From Scyliorhinus canicula (Eukaryota): a stretch of DNA of 64,000 bases. The notes beneath the pieces are model-generated. The model ran no database searches. It saw only the letters and a list, made by a program, of their open reading frames with translations, and was not told the DNA's origin. The stretch is from NCBI RefSeq assembly GCF_902713615.1, contig NC_052160.1, forward strand, positions 58,248,719-58,312,718, read 5' to 3'. The position numbers were made by a program, and so were the translations under genes. The first letter of the stretch is position 1. The number at the start of each line of letters is the position of its first letter. This document shows, piece by piece, positions 24,275 to 37,400 of this stretch.

Positions 24275-27200
24275 GCCTCGGATTGTCGGTGGGGCTGCAG
24301 TTGGGGGGGTGTGTGGTTTTTCCTCTCTTAGTTGTTAAAATTGGCTATGTTTTAGGTAGCTCACGGAAGCACAATGGGAGTGTGTATAAGATTAGTTTAT
24401 TAGCTGGTTTGGGATTTAGAGTGGTGTTTCTAGGTGGGGGCAGGGGCGATGCGTTCTGCTGACGTGAGAGGGACTTTGATGGAAGGTCACTGAGGGGGTC
24501 GGGGGTGGTGGCCGCTCCATGGCTGGCCAGAGGAGGTGCGGTGCACGGGCTAGAGGCGGGTGCAAGAAGGGGGATGGCTGACTGGCGGGGAGGGGGGCAC
24601 TTTGCCCCCCAACTAGGCTGGTCACTTGGAACATCCGGGGGCTCAATGGGCCGGTGAAGCGGGCTCGTGTGTTTGCACACCTGATGAGTTTGAAGGCGGA
24701 TGAGGAGATGCATCGTAAGTTGGTGAATCAGGTCAGGGTGAAGAAAGGCTGGGTTGGGCAGGTTTTCCACTCGGGTTTGGACTCTAAGAGAAGGGGTGCT
24801 GCGATTTTGATAAATAAGCGGGCGGCGTTTGAGGCGGGGAGGATAGTCTCGGATGTAGGAGGGAGATTTATCATGGTTAGTGGTAGGCTGCAGGGGATGA
24901 AAGTAGTGTTGGTCAATGTATATGCGCCAAATTGGGTGCTGAGGAAGATTCCGGACCTGGATTCGCACAGGCTGATTATGGGTGGGGATTTCAACACTGT
25001 TATTGATCCAGGCCTGGACCGGTCATGTTTGAGAACGGGTAGGGTGCCAGCAATGGCAAATGAGCTGAAAGGGTTCATGGAGAAGATGGGGGGGGGGGGG
25101 GGGGGGGAATCCGTGGAGATTTAGGCAGCCGAGAGCCAGGGAATTTTATTTCTTCTCCCATGTTCACAAGGTCTATTCCCAGATAGATTTCTTTGTTGTG
25201 GGCGGGGCCCTGTTGGCGGGGGTGGTGGACACGGGCTATTCAGCAATTCCGATCTCTGACCATGCTCCGCACTGGGTGGACCTGCAGGTCAGTATGGATG
25301 GCAAGCAGCGCCCGAACTGGGGATTGGATGTGGGGCTGTTGGCGGACAAAGCAGTCTGCGAGAGATTGAGGAAGTGCATGCTGAACTACCTGCAGGTAAA
25401 TTACACTGAGGAGGTCTCGGCAGCGGTGGTCTGGGAAGCGCTGAAGACGGTGGTGAGAGGGGACCTGATCTCGCTCCGGGCTCACAGGGCCAGGACGGAT
25501 AGGGCAGAAACGGACCGACTGGTAAGAGGGATCCATTGGAGTTATGCAGAGGCTCCGGAGGCGGATCTATTGAGGGAACGCCGGAGGCTGCAGGTGGAAT
25601 TTAGTTTGTTAACTACAGGTAGGGCAGTGGAGCAGCTCAGGAAGGTGAAGGGAGCGATGTACGAGCATGGGGAAAAGGCCAGTAAGTTGCTTGCACAGCA
25701 GCTCAGAAAACGGGAGGCAGTTAGGGAAATACGGAAAGTGCTTGATGAGGATGGGAACTTAGTTGGGGACTCGGAGGGGGTGAGCAAGACCTTTTGGGAC
25801 TTTTATAGTAGGCTGTATAGATCGGAACCCCCTGGGGGGCCGGAGGGGATGAGGCACTTTTTGAATGGGCTGACTTTCCAGAAGGTGGACAGGGAGCTGG
25901 TAGAAGGGCTGGTGGCCCCGGTCAGGCTGGAGGAGATAATGGAGGGCTTGAAGACCATGCAGTCGGGGAAAGCCCCGGGACCGGACGGGTACCCAGTCGA
26001 GTTCTATAAAAAGTTCTCTGGGATATTGGGGCCAGTGCTGTTGAAAGTCTTTAACGAGGCCAAGGAAACATGAGTACTACCCCAGACAATGTCACAGGCC
26101 ATAATTTTGCTCATTTTGAAAAGGGACAAGGATCCGCAGCTGTGTGGTTCTTATAGGCTGATATCCTTGTTAAACGTGGATGCCAAGCTCCTGGCCAAGA
26201 TTCTGGCCTCTAGCATTGAGGACTGTGTACCGGACATCATAGGAAAAGACCTGACAGGGTTTGTTAGGGGTAGGCAGCTGGGGGCCAATGTTAGAAGGTC
26301 GCTCAATGTGATTATGATGCAGGGAAGTTGAAGAGGTGGTTGCGATGGACGCGAAATTGACCGGGTCGAGTGGGATTACTTTTGGGGGGTGCTGGAGTGG
26401 TTTGGGTTTGGAAAGGGGCTTTGTTGACTGGGTTTGGCTGCTGTACCGGGCGCCGGTAGCTAGTGGATGGACAAATAGGATGATGTCGGAAAATTTCAGA
26501 CTACACTCGGGGACGAGACAGGGATGTCTCCCCACTGCTGTTTGTGCTGGCGATAGCTCTGAGGGCCTCAAGGGGCTGGAGGAGGGGGGGAGGGGGGGGG
26601 GGAGGGCCCGGTTTTTGGGTTACAAGCTCAATATGGGGAAGAGCGAGCTGTTTGTGGTGCAGGTGAGGGGCCAGGAGAGACGATTGGGGAACTACCGTTC
26701 AGAGTGGTGGAGGACAGTTTTATATAATTGGGTATTCAGGTGGCGAGGGATTGGGATAGGCTACACAAATTGAACCTGGCCTGGTTGGTGGACCAAATGA
26801 AGGAGGATTTCCGTAGATAGGACGCGCTCCCGCTGCCTCTGACGGGGAGGGTGCAATCGTTAAAAATGCCGGTCCTCCCGAGATTTCCCTTCGTTTTCCA
26901 GTGCCTCCCCATTTTCATCCCGTGTTCCTTTTTCAAGTGGATTAATAAGATTATTGTGGGCTTTGTGCGGGTGAAGAGGGCAATGCTGGAACAGAACCGG
27001 GGAGATGGCGGGCTGGCGCTGCCGAATTTCAGTAATTACTACTGGACGGCCAACATAGCCATGGTGAGGAGGTGGCTGGTGGGGGGAGCCGGCATAGGTG
27101 CGCATGGAGGCGGCCTCCTGTAAGGGCACAAGTTTAGGGGCACTGGTGACGGCGCCCCTGCCGTTCCTGCCAGCTCATTACTCCACCAGTCCGGTGATGG

Positions 27201-28360
27201 TGGCGACCCTAAGAATCTGGGGGCAATGGAGGAGACATGTGGGGGCAGAGGGGGCTTTGGTGTGGTCCCCAATCTGCGACAACCATAGATTTGTCCCGGG
27301 GAGGATGGATGAGGGGTTCCATATTTGGCGGAGAACGGGAATAGAAAGGATGGGGGACTTGTTTATAGAAGGAAGCTTCCTGAGTATGCGGGCGCTGGAG
27401 GAGAAGTTTGCGTTGCCTGGAGGGAATGATCTCCGGTATTTACAGGTGCGGGACATTTTGCAGAGGCAGGTGTCAACCTTCCCACTCCTGCCGTTAAGGG
27501 GGATTCAGGATAGGGTGGTTTCTAGAGGATGGATATGGAATGGAAGGGTCTCGGATATATATAAAGAGCTTATGGGGTCGGAGGAGATGCAGACCGAGGA
27601 GCTGAAGCTTAAGTGGGAGGAGGAGCTGGGGGGTGAGATGGAGGAGGGTCTGTGGGTGGACTCGCTAGGAAGGGTAAATGCCACTGCAACATGTGCCAGG
27701 CTCAGCCTGATCCAGTTTAAGGTTGTTCACTGGGCTCACATGACGGTGGCCCGGATGAGCAGATTCTTTGGGGTGGAAGACAGATGTGCGGGGGGGCCAG
27801 CGAACCATGTCCACATGTTTTGGGTATGTCCAAAACTGAGGGGATTTTGGGAGGGGTTTGCCAACACCATGTCCACAGTATTAAAAACGAGGGTGGCAAT
27901 GAGTCTGGAGGTGGCAATTTTTAGGGTATCGCAGGATCCGGGAATCCAGGAAGAGAAAGAGGCAGATGTTCTGGCCTTTGCTTCCCTGCTAGCCCGGAGG
28001 CGTATATTGCTGGCATGGAGGGACTGGAAGCCCTCAAAATCGGAGACCTGGCTTTCAACATGGCAGGCTTCCTCTGTCTGGAAAACAATTAAGTTCGCCA
28101 TGAGAGGGTCTCTGTTCGGGTTCGCCCGGAGGTGGCAACCATTCGTCGACTTCCTCGCAGAGAACTAAACGTCAGCAGGGGGGGGCGGGCGGCGTTAGGT
28201 TAGTGTAGCGTAGGGGGGTAAGTAATGGCAGGACCTGCGGGAGAGTGTGGTGGAATTTCCACTATGTATATATGTTTTTCTTGTTATTTATATTGTGGAT
28301 TTTGTGTTGTTAAACTGCCAAAGGAAATACCTCAATAAAACATTTATTTTTTTAAAAATT
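24275..28360 (+). mobile_element. 5'-truncated L1 (whole ORF2, disrupted), sense in last WIPI2 intron
   Basis: EN (TWNIRGLNGPVKR, MGGDFN, SDHAP), RT (KAPGPDG, GTRQGC), C-terminal HMFW.C; AATAAA 28334-28339. Preceded by a minus-strand SINE tail at about 24192-24272. Confidence 0.95.
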
Positions 28361-29047
28361 CACAGGTAAATGGAAATAGTTTTCAATCTACTGGAACATC
28401 TCTGCAATTATCACAGAGCTTCTGCAGTGAAGTTCTAGTTCGAGGATAACTAAGATTTTTTTTGTTAAGGAAAGCATGTGGCTAAAGGCTATTTGAACAA
28501 TTCCTTCAATAGATCATGCATGATCCTAGCCTATCCCAAAATCAAATCTACCCATGCTGTTTACTCTCCTGATGGATTTCCGGGAGTGTCTTCCTGGTAC
28601 CCTTGATAATAAATAGAGAGAGAGCATCCAAAATATTAGATCTATGCTCCAGCATATCCATAAACTGGACAGTTCTGTGAAAGATTCAAATTTATGGATG
28701 TTGCCACTTTGTTGTAGAGTGAACTCATCGATCACTGAGACAGGTTAGCTGCTCGTGTCTTGAAGTTGTCAGCTCTCTCAAACTGTAAGGTTCAGTAACT
28801 CTTCTCATTCAGCGTTAATGATGATGTGCATTTAAACATAACACAACTCTATGCTGTCAGCAAGGCTCTGCACACAGTGTACAGCCAATTGGGAAAAGCA
28901 GGAGAGCTTTGCTTACTTTTTTCCTATTGATATCAATGAGGAGAAAATTACTAATAATGTGGAGACTCAAAGTTCTGCCCAACTTGCTTCCTGTGATAAA
29001 ATGGAATGACTGGAACGTGTGCTTTTTATATCCTCTGTTCTATGCAG

Positions 29048-29166
29048 CCTACCCGGAGGACCAAGGAGCAGTGGGTGGAGTTGAACCAGATGATGATTTG
29101 GGTATTGGCATACTGCGAACAGATGAGGACAGTGAGACACCTCCCCAGATTCTAAAGAGCGAGTGA
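29048..29166 (+). CDS. WIPI2: WIPI2 terminal coding exon (AYPEDQGAVGGVEPDDDLGIGILRTDEDSETPPQILKSE*)
   Basis: atgcag| acceptor, phase 1 as required by previous exon; GAVGG and DEDSExPPxIL motifs; TGA at 29164-29166. Confidence 0.93.
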
Positions 29167-32100
29167 CCTTTGACTTGTGAACTGCACATGTTGGCGGAGA
29201 ACACTTGCAATTGACTATTGTGATGCTGCTACAGACTTTTATCGTTGCAGAACAGAAAGTGAAGAAAAATATGACAGGAAATTTTAAAGAAAAAAATTGT
29301 AGCTGTAGCTTAATTCTATAATATTGGATAAAAAATATATTGTTTTTTTCCCCCCAGTGGCTTTTAATTCCTGTAAAGAATTAGAGTAAGTATCTTTTTT
29401 CCCCCCTTTCTGGCCAAAAACACAGCTGCCTGACGCAGCCCTGCTGCCTTTTAGCTTTGCATGTATACATGTGCCAAGAGTTGAGTTTAGAAGCCACTAT
29501 AATATTGCCAGTCTAGCTGTTTTCTTATCATCTCTAGTTATGTCACCCATATGCGAGACCTTTTTGTTCCTCCATTCAGGGAAATCGGTTTCTAAAGAGT
29601 GGTAAGGTAGCAACCCCACCCAGTCCAATTAAAATCACCTTCTTTCTAGCTTTCTGTATTTAAAATTTCTTGAAAGTTTGTTTGTTGAGCTGCTGAAATC
29701 AAACTCCATAGTGTGAAGTTGTGGTCCTTCAAGTTTCAATATTCTGGGGTGGGTGGAAATTGATGACTTTTTAAAAAGAAACTTGCTCCAAACAGGAATG
29801 GTTCATTGAGTGTGACACTAAGAATGAATCTTAACTTAATCCTAAGGGTTTAAATATTGAGTGAATGAAAATAAAAGCTGGTATCCCACATGTTTTTGAA
29901 TCTTGTGAGTACGACAGTTTTTTTTCCAGGGAAGTGATATTTAGGAAACCTATACCTGTACTCTCCTGCGGCCTGACTGTCTCATGCCAGCATGGCTACA
30001 ATTGTTTGAACTGTATCAGAAGGGATGGGGTTGCTACTTTGAGCCAAAGATTGTCGAAAGGCTTTGGCAAACTAATGGATTTTGAGTTTGTGTTTACTGT
30101 CTAAATGGCTAAACTTCAGCATGCCGGTGTCCAGCGAGCACTGAAGTCCACTTGTGCCCTCTGATCGGTCGAGTTTCAGAACTTCTTGCAGTGGGTGGAA
30201 ATTCCTACAATAACGAATCTGTATTTTGACAATTGCAGCAGTAATGAAAGACATTTCAAGTGTTGGTTGTTAAATTAAATAAATGGAAGGGGGCCTTGGA
30301 ATGTTTCTATCTTGCAGGTGTAAATTGAAAATTTGAGGGGTTTGCCTTATATTTATTAAAGTTCAATAGTACAACATGATCCGGAAAGTTAATTTGCAAG
30401 AATTGCCAAGAAACAGTTACGGTTTGCTGGAGTTTGGCTGTTTCCACAACTGAATGATGCAGGAGAGATCATTTTTTTTTTACATGGTATAAAGTGGCTA
30501 GATCAAATCAAAGCAATAGTGTTCTACTTACAACCACTCTATTATGATTGAGAAGAACAACACATTTACGGCTCGCACCTAATCTATGACAGATCTTATT
30601 CAACATGTATCATGTTTGGGTTTAGTACCATCAAAAACTATTGAAAATCTGGACAATGGCACCAGATGCCCCTTGGTCACCTCAGTGATGATGTACTGGA
30701 ATCTCTCTTTCTATTGCTCTTCTAGTATTCATAAATGCCCTTGCCTGTAATCAATCAGTCTTAAAAATTCTGCAGCAGTAAATAATGTAAATCACATGAC
30801 AGTGGCACCGAGGAATCGGCTGCTCATTTGTTTAAACTCTGCAGCTTTACAGGTAACTTTTTAGCAATTTCCTTTAAGCTTATGACTGTGACCATGCCTA
30901 GAATTAACCCAGTATTGTTAACAATTGTCCCATCTACAATCGATTCTAACCCAAGGGGTATCATTGAGCTGGTAGGTGCCTTGCATGCCCTTTTACCAAT
31001 ATTGTAATCAGATATATACAAGGATGTAATTGGTGATGCTAAAATGTTCCACTGTTTTAATGTGTGTAGCTGAAATGTTTCACTTTTATTGAAGTTTGTC
31101 TAAAGATTGACAGAACAATGTGAAAACTGCTTTGTAATAGTTGGCCTTGCAGCAGACGTAAATCCTGCCCTGCATTTTTTTTTCCCCCCAGCAACTGCTT
31201 CAGGGGTATTGAAGCAAACCTCTTTTGGAGGAGGCTGCCTAAAAATATCCCTAAACCCGCAACAATGCTTGTGTTTTTGAAGTCTATATTAGACCAATGT
31301 AACTCTCAGCAGCAATTTACACTGTGCACTGTAATAGCTGAAAACTTATGATTAAACGTTGGGTTGGTAAAGGGAGGCCAATCTCAGTTAAATTGCTGAA
31401 GATATGAAAACATAGGTAGAACTTGTTGGATTTTCTGTGCTCAACTGTTCAGAGTTTCTGCTTCCTTAGCTCACTAAGATTTAATATTTCTACATTGAAA
31501 TAATTGTACACTGTGGGGCTTCTTCAGTGGGGGTGTTGGGTACGACATGAGCATCTGAGACATTTGATCTAGAAAGGACTCATTTGATTAGAATTAGCTG
31601 ATCTCCGCTATGGCTGCATTAAAGCACTGCAGGTTGGCCTCGGAGAATTTCAAACCCACTTCCCTGCTCACGATTGCTATCCAAAAAGCCCTACTTAAAA
31701 ATAAGGATGCAACGTGAGGAGGGAATTGGGCTCAGCTCTGTAATAGCTCCTGTTCAAAAAGCCTGCCAATGCACTAAAGTCCAGACTCTCATGTGAACAG
31801 TAGCTAATTGGATGCTGCACAGGAGCATGCCTTAGGAGAGTGTGGGACTGTACCTCAGCAAAGAATCTTTACCTTCAGGGGTTGGGGGTAGGGTGAGGAA
31901 AGGGTGGGAGAGATGAACTGGCAGAGCGAGTGAAATCAAAGTGTATTCTGCGAACTCTGCTCATGCCTAACCAAATTATACACTGAACAGAAATGCATTT
32001 TTGTATGTTTTAATCAGCCTTTAGGCACTGACATTTTCTATACTTATTTACTGTAAACTCAAGTATTTTTGCTATCTAAATGTATGACCCCAGAATTATG

Positions 32101-33930
32101 ATATACTTCTAACACATTAATTGTTCTATTTTAGTTCTGCAGTTATCCCCAAAAGATTAAATTTTAGGTATGCTAATGCAGCAACATCCTTCTGATAGCA
32201 AGAATACTTGTGGTATATACATTTATTTTATAGTATAAGGGCATCATTCTGATGTGATGTGTAGAGTAGGTTTATAATTTTGACTAAGTTGGATTGTTGC
32301 CTAAATAGGAAATATAAGCTGTGAAAGGGAATCTATCTCCCATGGAAAATTGTTCCTGATTTCCTCATCATTTGACTCAGATTAAAGTTACAGTAACAGT
32401 TTTTGCCAGTTTAAAAATGAATTTGGTAAAATTTAAGTCGTAAATTGAATAATCTGGTTTGCATCAGAGATGAGACAACAAATTTGCACATTTTAGCATA
32501 TGTGGCTCTGTATTGAAGAAAAGTTTCAACTGAAAATTATTAAAACAATTAATTAGCAAAAAAGTGCTAGTTTTTGATCCTATCTTTTAAACTGCCTCAC
32601 TACAGGCTGATGAGATTGAGAGTGTGCTGCTGTTATTTACCCCCCCTCCCACTTTACCCAATACTGAACAATTTGAGACCATGATGCCCAGTGTCCAACA
32701 GATTGATCTTGAAGCTCCCAGCAATATGAATAAATACACCACACACTTTGGAGCTGAAGGCAGCCAAGCAACAAAGAAGTTCCCCTGATTGATTTCTGAT
32801 CTATATTGAAGTGTCAGACCTCATCTGAGCCTCAGTGGGTGCAGCACAATTGACCGTGGTGTTCTGCAGCTAGGGAGAGAATATATAGTCCAAGAAGGCT
32901 CCTGTTCCTCATCTGATTACCTCTACACCACATATGAAAGGGAAAAACAAGACCAGAAGATGTCTCAGTCCTTTACAGCCAATGAAGTGGACACCGGGTG
33001 AGGTTTGGTTTTCCTATTTTGGGTAAATCGGTAAAACTAAATTGTGGATGCACCTCTATTGACTAGTTAATTGTCGGTTCAGGGAAATAGATATGGAATG
33101 ATACATGGGTATACAACTGGCAGCCATCTGACTCCTGTGAGTAATGGGAGTGGGAAACCAAACTCCAACCATGGGCTGACAAATAATCATTGCAACTGGG
33201 TTAAATAGCGAGGGCATTTTAATGGGAATGCAGCTAGTTGCTTGCTGGGCTTAAGTGACCCAACAGGAAAAACATTGAATTGTGGTGTTTTGGACCAGTC
33301 ATCTGTAAGTTGCACTTGCTTCACAAACCTAATAGCTCTGTGATAATGTTTTGTTTCATTTGCGAAGGATGTTGCTATCTATCCTTTGTTGAGTGTGTGC
33401 TGATATATAGAGACTTGCTCCTTGGAGGTGTGTGTTTACATCATAGTTGGTGTTGTGTCAGCTTGAGTTGATGTCCGAGTGCTTCCTTGGAAAATTGCTC
33501 TGGCTGCCATAGATGGCGCCACTGTACCATACGTCAATAAACCTTTGTTCCCGAATTAATCAATTTATAGGGTCTTTAATTTCAAATTGGGGTTGTTTTC
33601 TAATTGTCAGATATTAAAACCAAGCCCAATCTATTTTAGTATCCTTTGGATTGCCTGGCTATTGATGGATTATTTGATCTTGAAAGATGGTAGTACCTCA
33701 TAACTCTGGAGTTTTCAATTATCTTTGTCTAACCTTCATATAGAACATGAATATGAACTTGGAAAATATTCTCCTGTGATCCCCACCAGAAATTGTTACT
33801 AAGTATGTATTTAAAAAGTAATGCAAGGATTTCAGATTTGATAGTTTATTTTGTAGGTTTGCACCTGGTTGGTCCTTTTTACTTCTGTATATTTTATTTG
33901 TAAATAAATTTTGACTATGTGCCTTCAGCC
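29167..33930 (+). other. WIPI2: Putative long WIPI2 3'UTR
   Basis: AT-rich, no young TE; AATAAA at 29870, 30278, 32729, 33536, 33903 (last preceded by TGTA/T-rich sequence). True end is inferred. Confidence 0.55.
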
Positions 33931-34049
33931 TATAGACATCAAAGAAAATCACATTGAATTGACAGCACATAAACCTTCTCGGGGCAAATAGAGATGGGCA
34001 AGCAATGCTAGCCTTGGCAGCACAGAGCCTATGAACAAATGGGAAAAAA

Positions 34050-34370
34050 TGCCATTCAACCCAGTTGATCCCTGCTGGTGTTTATGCTTTATGCAAGCCT
34101 TCTCTTGCCCTCTTCATTGAACCCTATCAGCATAACCTATTGCTTTCTCGCTTCTGCTTATCTAATTTCCTCTTGAATGAAACTGCTTGTCACAGCAAGT
34201 TTCACATTCTTACAACTCTTTGGGTAAAGAATTTCTCCTGAATTTCTTAATGTATTTATTGGTGACCATCTTATATTTATAATCCCTAATTATAGCCTCC
34301 TCATCAAGTGGAAATGTTTTTGTCTACCCTAGCATGATTTAAAGCCCTCTAATAGGCCATCCTTAAGAGC
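34050..34370 (-). mobile_element. Old CR1 3' fragment
   Basis: Reverse-strand RNSLP.RVVRMW-like and tail-like sequence; heavily decayed. Confidence 0.5.
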
Positions 34371-34421
34371 TTTGGGCTGTTCAGATTCTCAATTAGCCTG
34401 GCAGTGTTATTTTCTCTTCTT

Positions 34422-37400
34422 TTTTTTTCTTTTAAAAAAAATAATTTTTATTGGAATTTTTTGAAAGATATATATCAACAAAACAGTAATAACAATAATA
34501 ATAAACACCCCCCAGCACCCGTAACAACACATATAACAAACCCCCCCCCCCAACCCCAATAAACAACAGAATAAATTAACAATAAGCAAATTAACTTAAA
34601 CACTATCCCCCTAAACCCCCCCCCCTTCTTTCCCCTCCTCTTCCCCCCCCCCCCCCCCCCCCCCCCGGGTTGCTGCTGCTGCTGCTCACCTAGTACATTA
34701 TCGTTGAGCCAGAAAGTCGAGGAAAGGCTGCCACCTCCTAAAGAACCCTTGTACCGACCCCCTCAGGGCGAACTTAACCCTCTCCAACTTAATGAATCTC
34801 ACCATGTCATTAATCCAGGTCTCCACACTCGGAGGTCTCGGATCTTTCCACTGCAGCAAGATCCTCCGCCGGGCTACTAGGGACGCAAAGGCCAAGACAT
34901 CGGCCTCTTTCGCCTCATGCACTCCCAGCTCCACCCCAACCCCAAATATCGTGAGTCCCCAGCCTGGCTTGACCCTGGATCCCACCACCCTCGCCACCAT
35001 ACCTGCCACCCCCTTCCAGAACTCCTCCAGTGCCGGGCATGCCCAGAACATATGGGCATGGTTCGCTGGACTCCCCGAACACCTGACGCACCTGTCTTCG
35101 CCCCCAAAGAAGCTACTCATCCTAGATCTGGACATGTGGGCCCGGTGCAGCACCTTGAACTGGATGAGACTAAGCCTCGCACATGAAGAGGAGGAGTTCA
35201 CCCTCTCCAGGGCGTCCGCCCATGTCCCCTCCTCAATCTGCTCCCCCAGCTCCACCTCCCACTTAGCCTTCAGCTCCTCTACCGACGCCTTCCCCCACCT
35301 CCTGCATTACCTGGTAGATGTCAGACACCTTCCCATCCCCGACCCACACCCCCGTAAGCACCCTATCCCGTACCCCCCGCGGGGGCAGCAAAGGGAACCC
35401 CGCCACCTGTCGCCTAGCAAACGCCTTGACCTGAAGGTACCTGAACATATTCCCCGGGGGGGAGCTCAAACTTCTCCTCCAGTTCACCAAGTCTCGCGAA
35501 CCTCCCGTCAATAAACAGGTCTCCCAACTTCCTGATGCCCGCCCTGTGCCACCCCAGGAACCCGCCATCCATGTTCCCTGGGACACACCGGTGGTTCCCC
35601 CGCAGCGGGGCCTCCACCGAGCCCCCCACTTCCCCCCCCTGTGTCGCCTCCACTGCCCCCAAATTTTGAGGGTGGCCGCCACCACCGGGCTCGTGGTGTA
35701 CCTCGTTGGAGGGAGCGGCAACGGAGCCGTTACCAGTGCCTTCAGGCTCGTGCCTCCGCAGGACGCCATCTCCGTCCTTTTCCATGCTGCCCCCTCCCCC
35801 TCCATTACCCACTTGCGTACCATCGAGACATTAGCCGCCCAATAGTACCCAGAGAGGTTGGGCAGCGCCAGCCCCCCTCTATCCCTGCCCCGCTCCAAAA
35901 AGACCCTCCTTACCCTCGGAGTCCCATGTGCCTAAACAAATCCCAGAATGCTGCTGTTCACCCTCCTAAAAAAGGCCTCGGAACGAAAATGGGGAGGCAC
36001 TGAAACAAAAACAAAAACCTCGGGAGCACCGTCATTTTAACGGACTGTACTCTACCCGCCAACGACAACGGCAGCATGTCCCACCTTTTAAATTCCTCCT
36101 CCATCTGCTCCACCAACCTAGTAAAATTGAGCTTGTGCAGAGTCCCCCAGCACCTAGCCACCTGAACCCCCAGGTACCTAAAACTCCTCACTGCCCTCTT
36201 TAGCGGGAGCCTACCAATCCCCCCCTCCTGATATCCCGGGTGCACGACAAACAGCTCACTCTTGCCCAGGTTCAATTTATGTCCCGAGAAACTCCCGAAC
36301 TCAGCAAGAATCTCCATCCCCTCCGGCATTCCCTCCACCGGGTCTGCTACATACAACAGCAAGTCGTCCGCATACAGCGACACTCTGTGCTCCTCCCCAC
36401 CTCGCACCAAACCCCTCCACCCCCTCGACTCCCTGAGAGCCATGGCAAGAGGCTCTATTGCCAGCGCAAAAAGCAAGGGGGGAAAGGGGGCACCCCTGCC
36501 TTGTCCCACGGTGGAGCCTGAAGTACTCGGACCTCCTCCCATTTGTCGCTACACTCGCCATCAGGGCCTCGTACAGCAACCTCACCCATTTAATAAACCC
36601 CACCCCAAACCCAAACCTCTCCAACACCTCCCACAAGTACCCCCACTCAACCCTATCAAAGGCCTTCTCCGCATCCAATGCCACCACAATCTCCGCCTCT
36701 CCTTCTGCTGCCGGCATCATTATCACATTTAGCAGCCTTCGCACGTTAGTGTTCAGCTGCCTCCCCTTCACAAAACCCGTCTGATCTTCATGTATCACCC
36801 CCGGCACACAGTCCTCTATTCTAGTGGCCAATATCTTCGCCAGCAACTTGGCGTCTACATTCAGCAGTGAAATCGGCCTGTATGAACCACACTGCAAGGG
36901 GTCCTTATCACGCTTCAGGATCAGGGAGATTAGTGCCTGAGACATCGTCGTGGGCAGAACACCCCCCCTCCCATGCCTCGTTAAAGGTCCTGACCAACAG
37001 GGGGCCCAGCAGGTCCGCATATTTCTTATAAAATTCAACCAGGAACCCATCCGGTCCTGGCGCCTTCCCCGACTGCATGTGGCCAATCCCACTGACCAGC
37101 TCCTCCAACTCGATCGGCGCCCCCAGTCCCTCCACCTGCTCCTCCTGCACCCTTGGAAATCGGAGCCTGTCCAAAACATTCTCCATTCCCCCTCCCACCG
37201 CCGGCGGCTCCGACTGGTACAGTTCCCTATAGAAGTCCCTAAAAACCTCATTGACCTCTGCCCCCTGCCGCACCACATTCCCATCTCTATCCTTCACTCC
37301 ACCAATCTCTCTAGCCGCATCCCGCTTACGCAGCTGGTGCGCCAGCATCCTGCTCGCCTTCTCTCCATGCTCATAGACCGCTCCCTGCCCTTCCTCCACT

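Noticed and set aside
33501..33522. AGATGGCGCCA CTCF/YY1-like motif before an AATAAA
   Set aside because: Only the 3' half fits CTCF; too weak alone.
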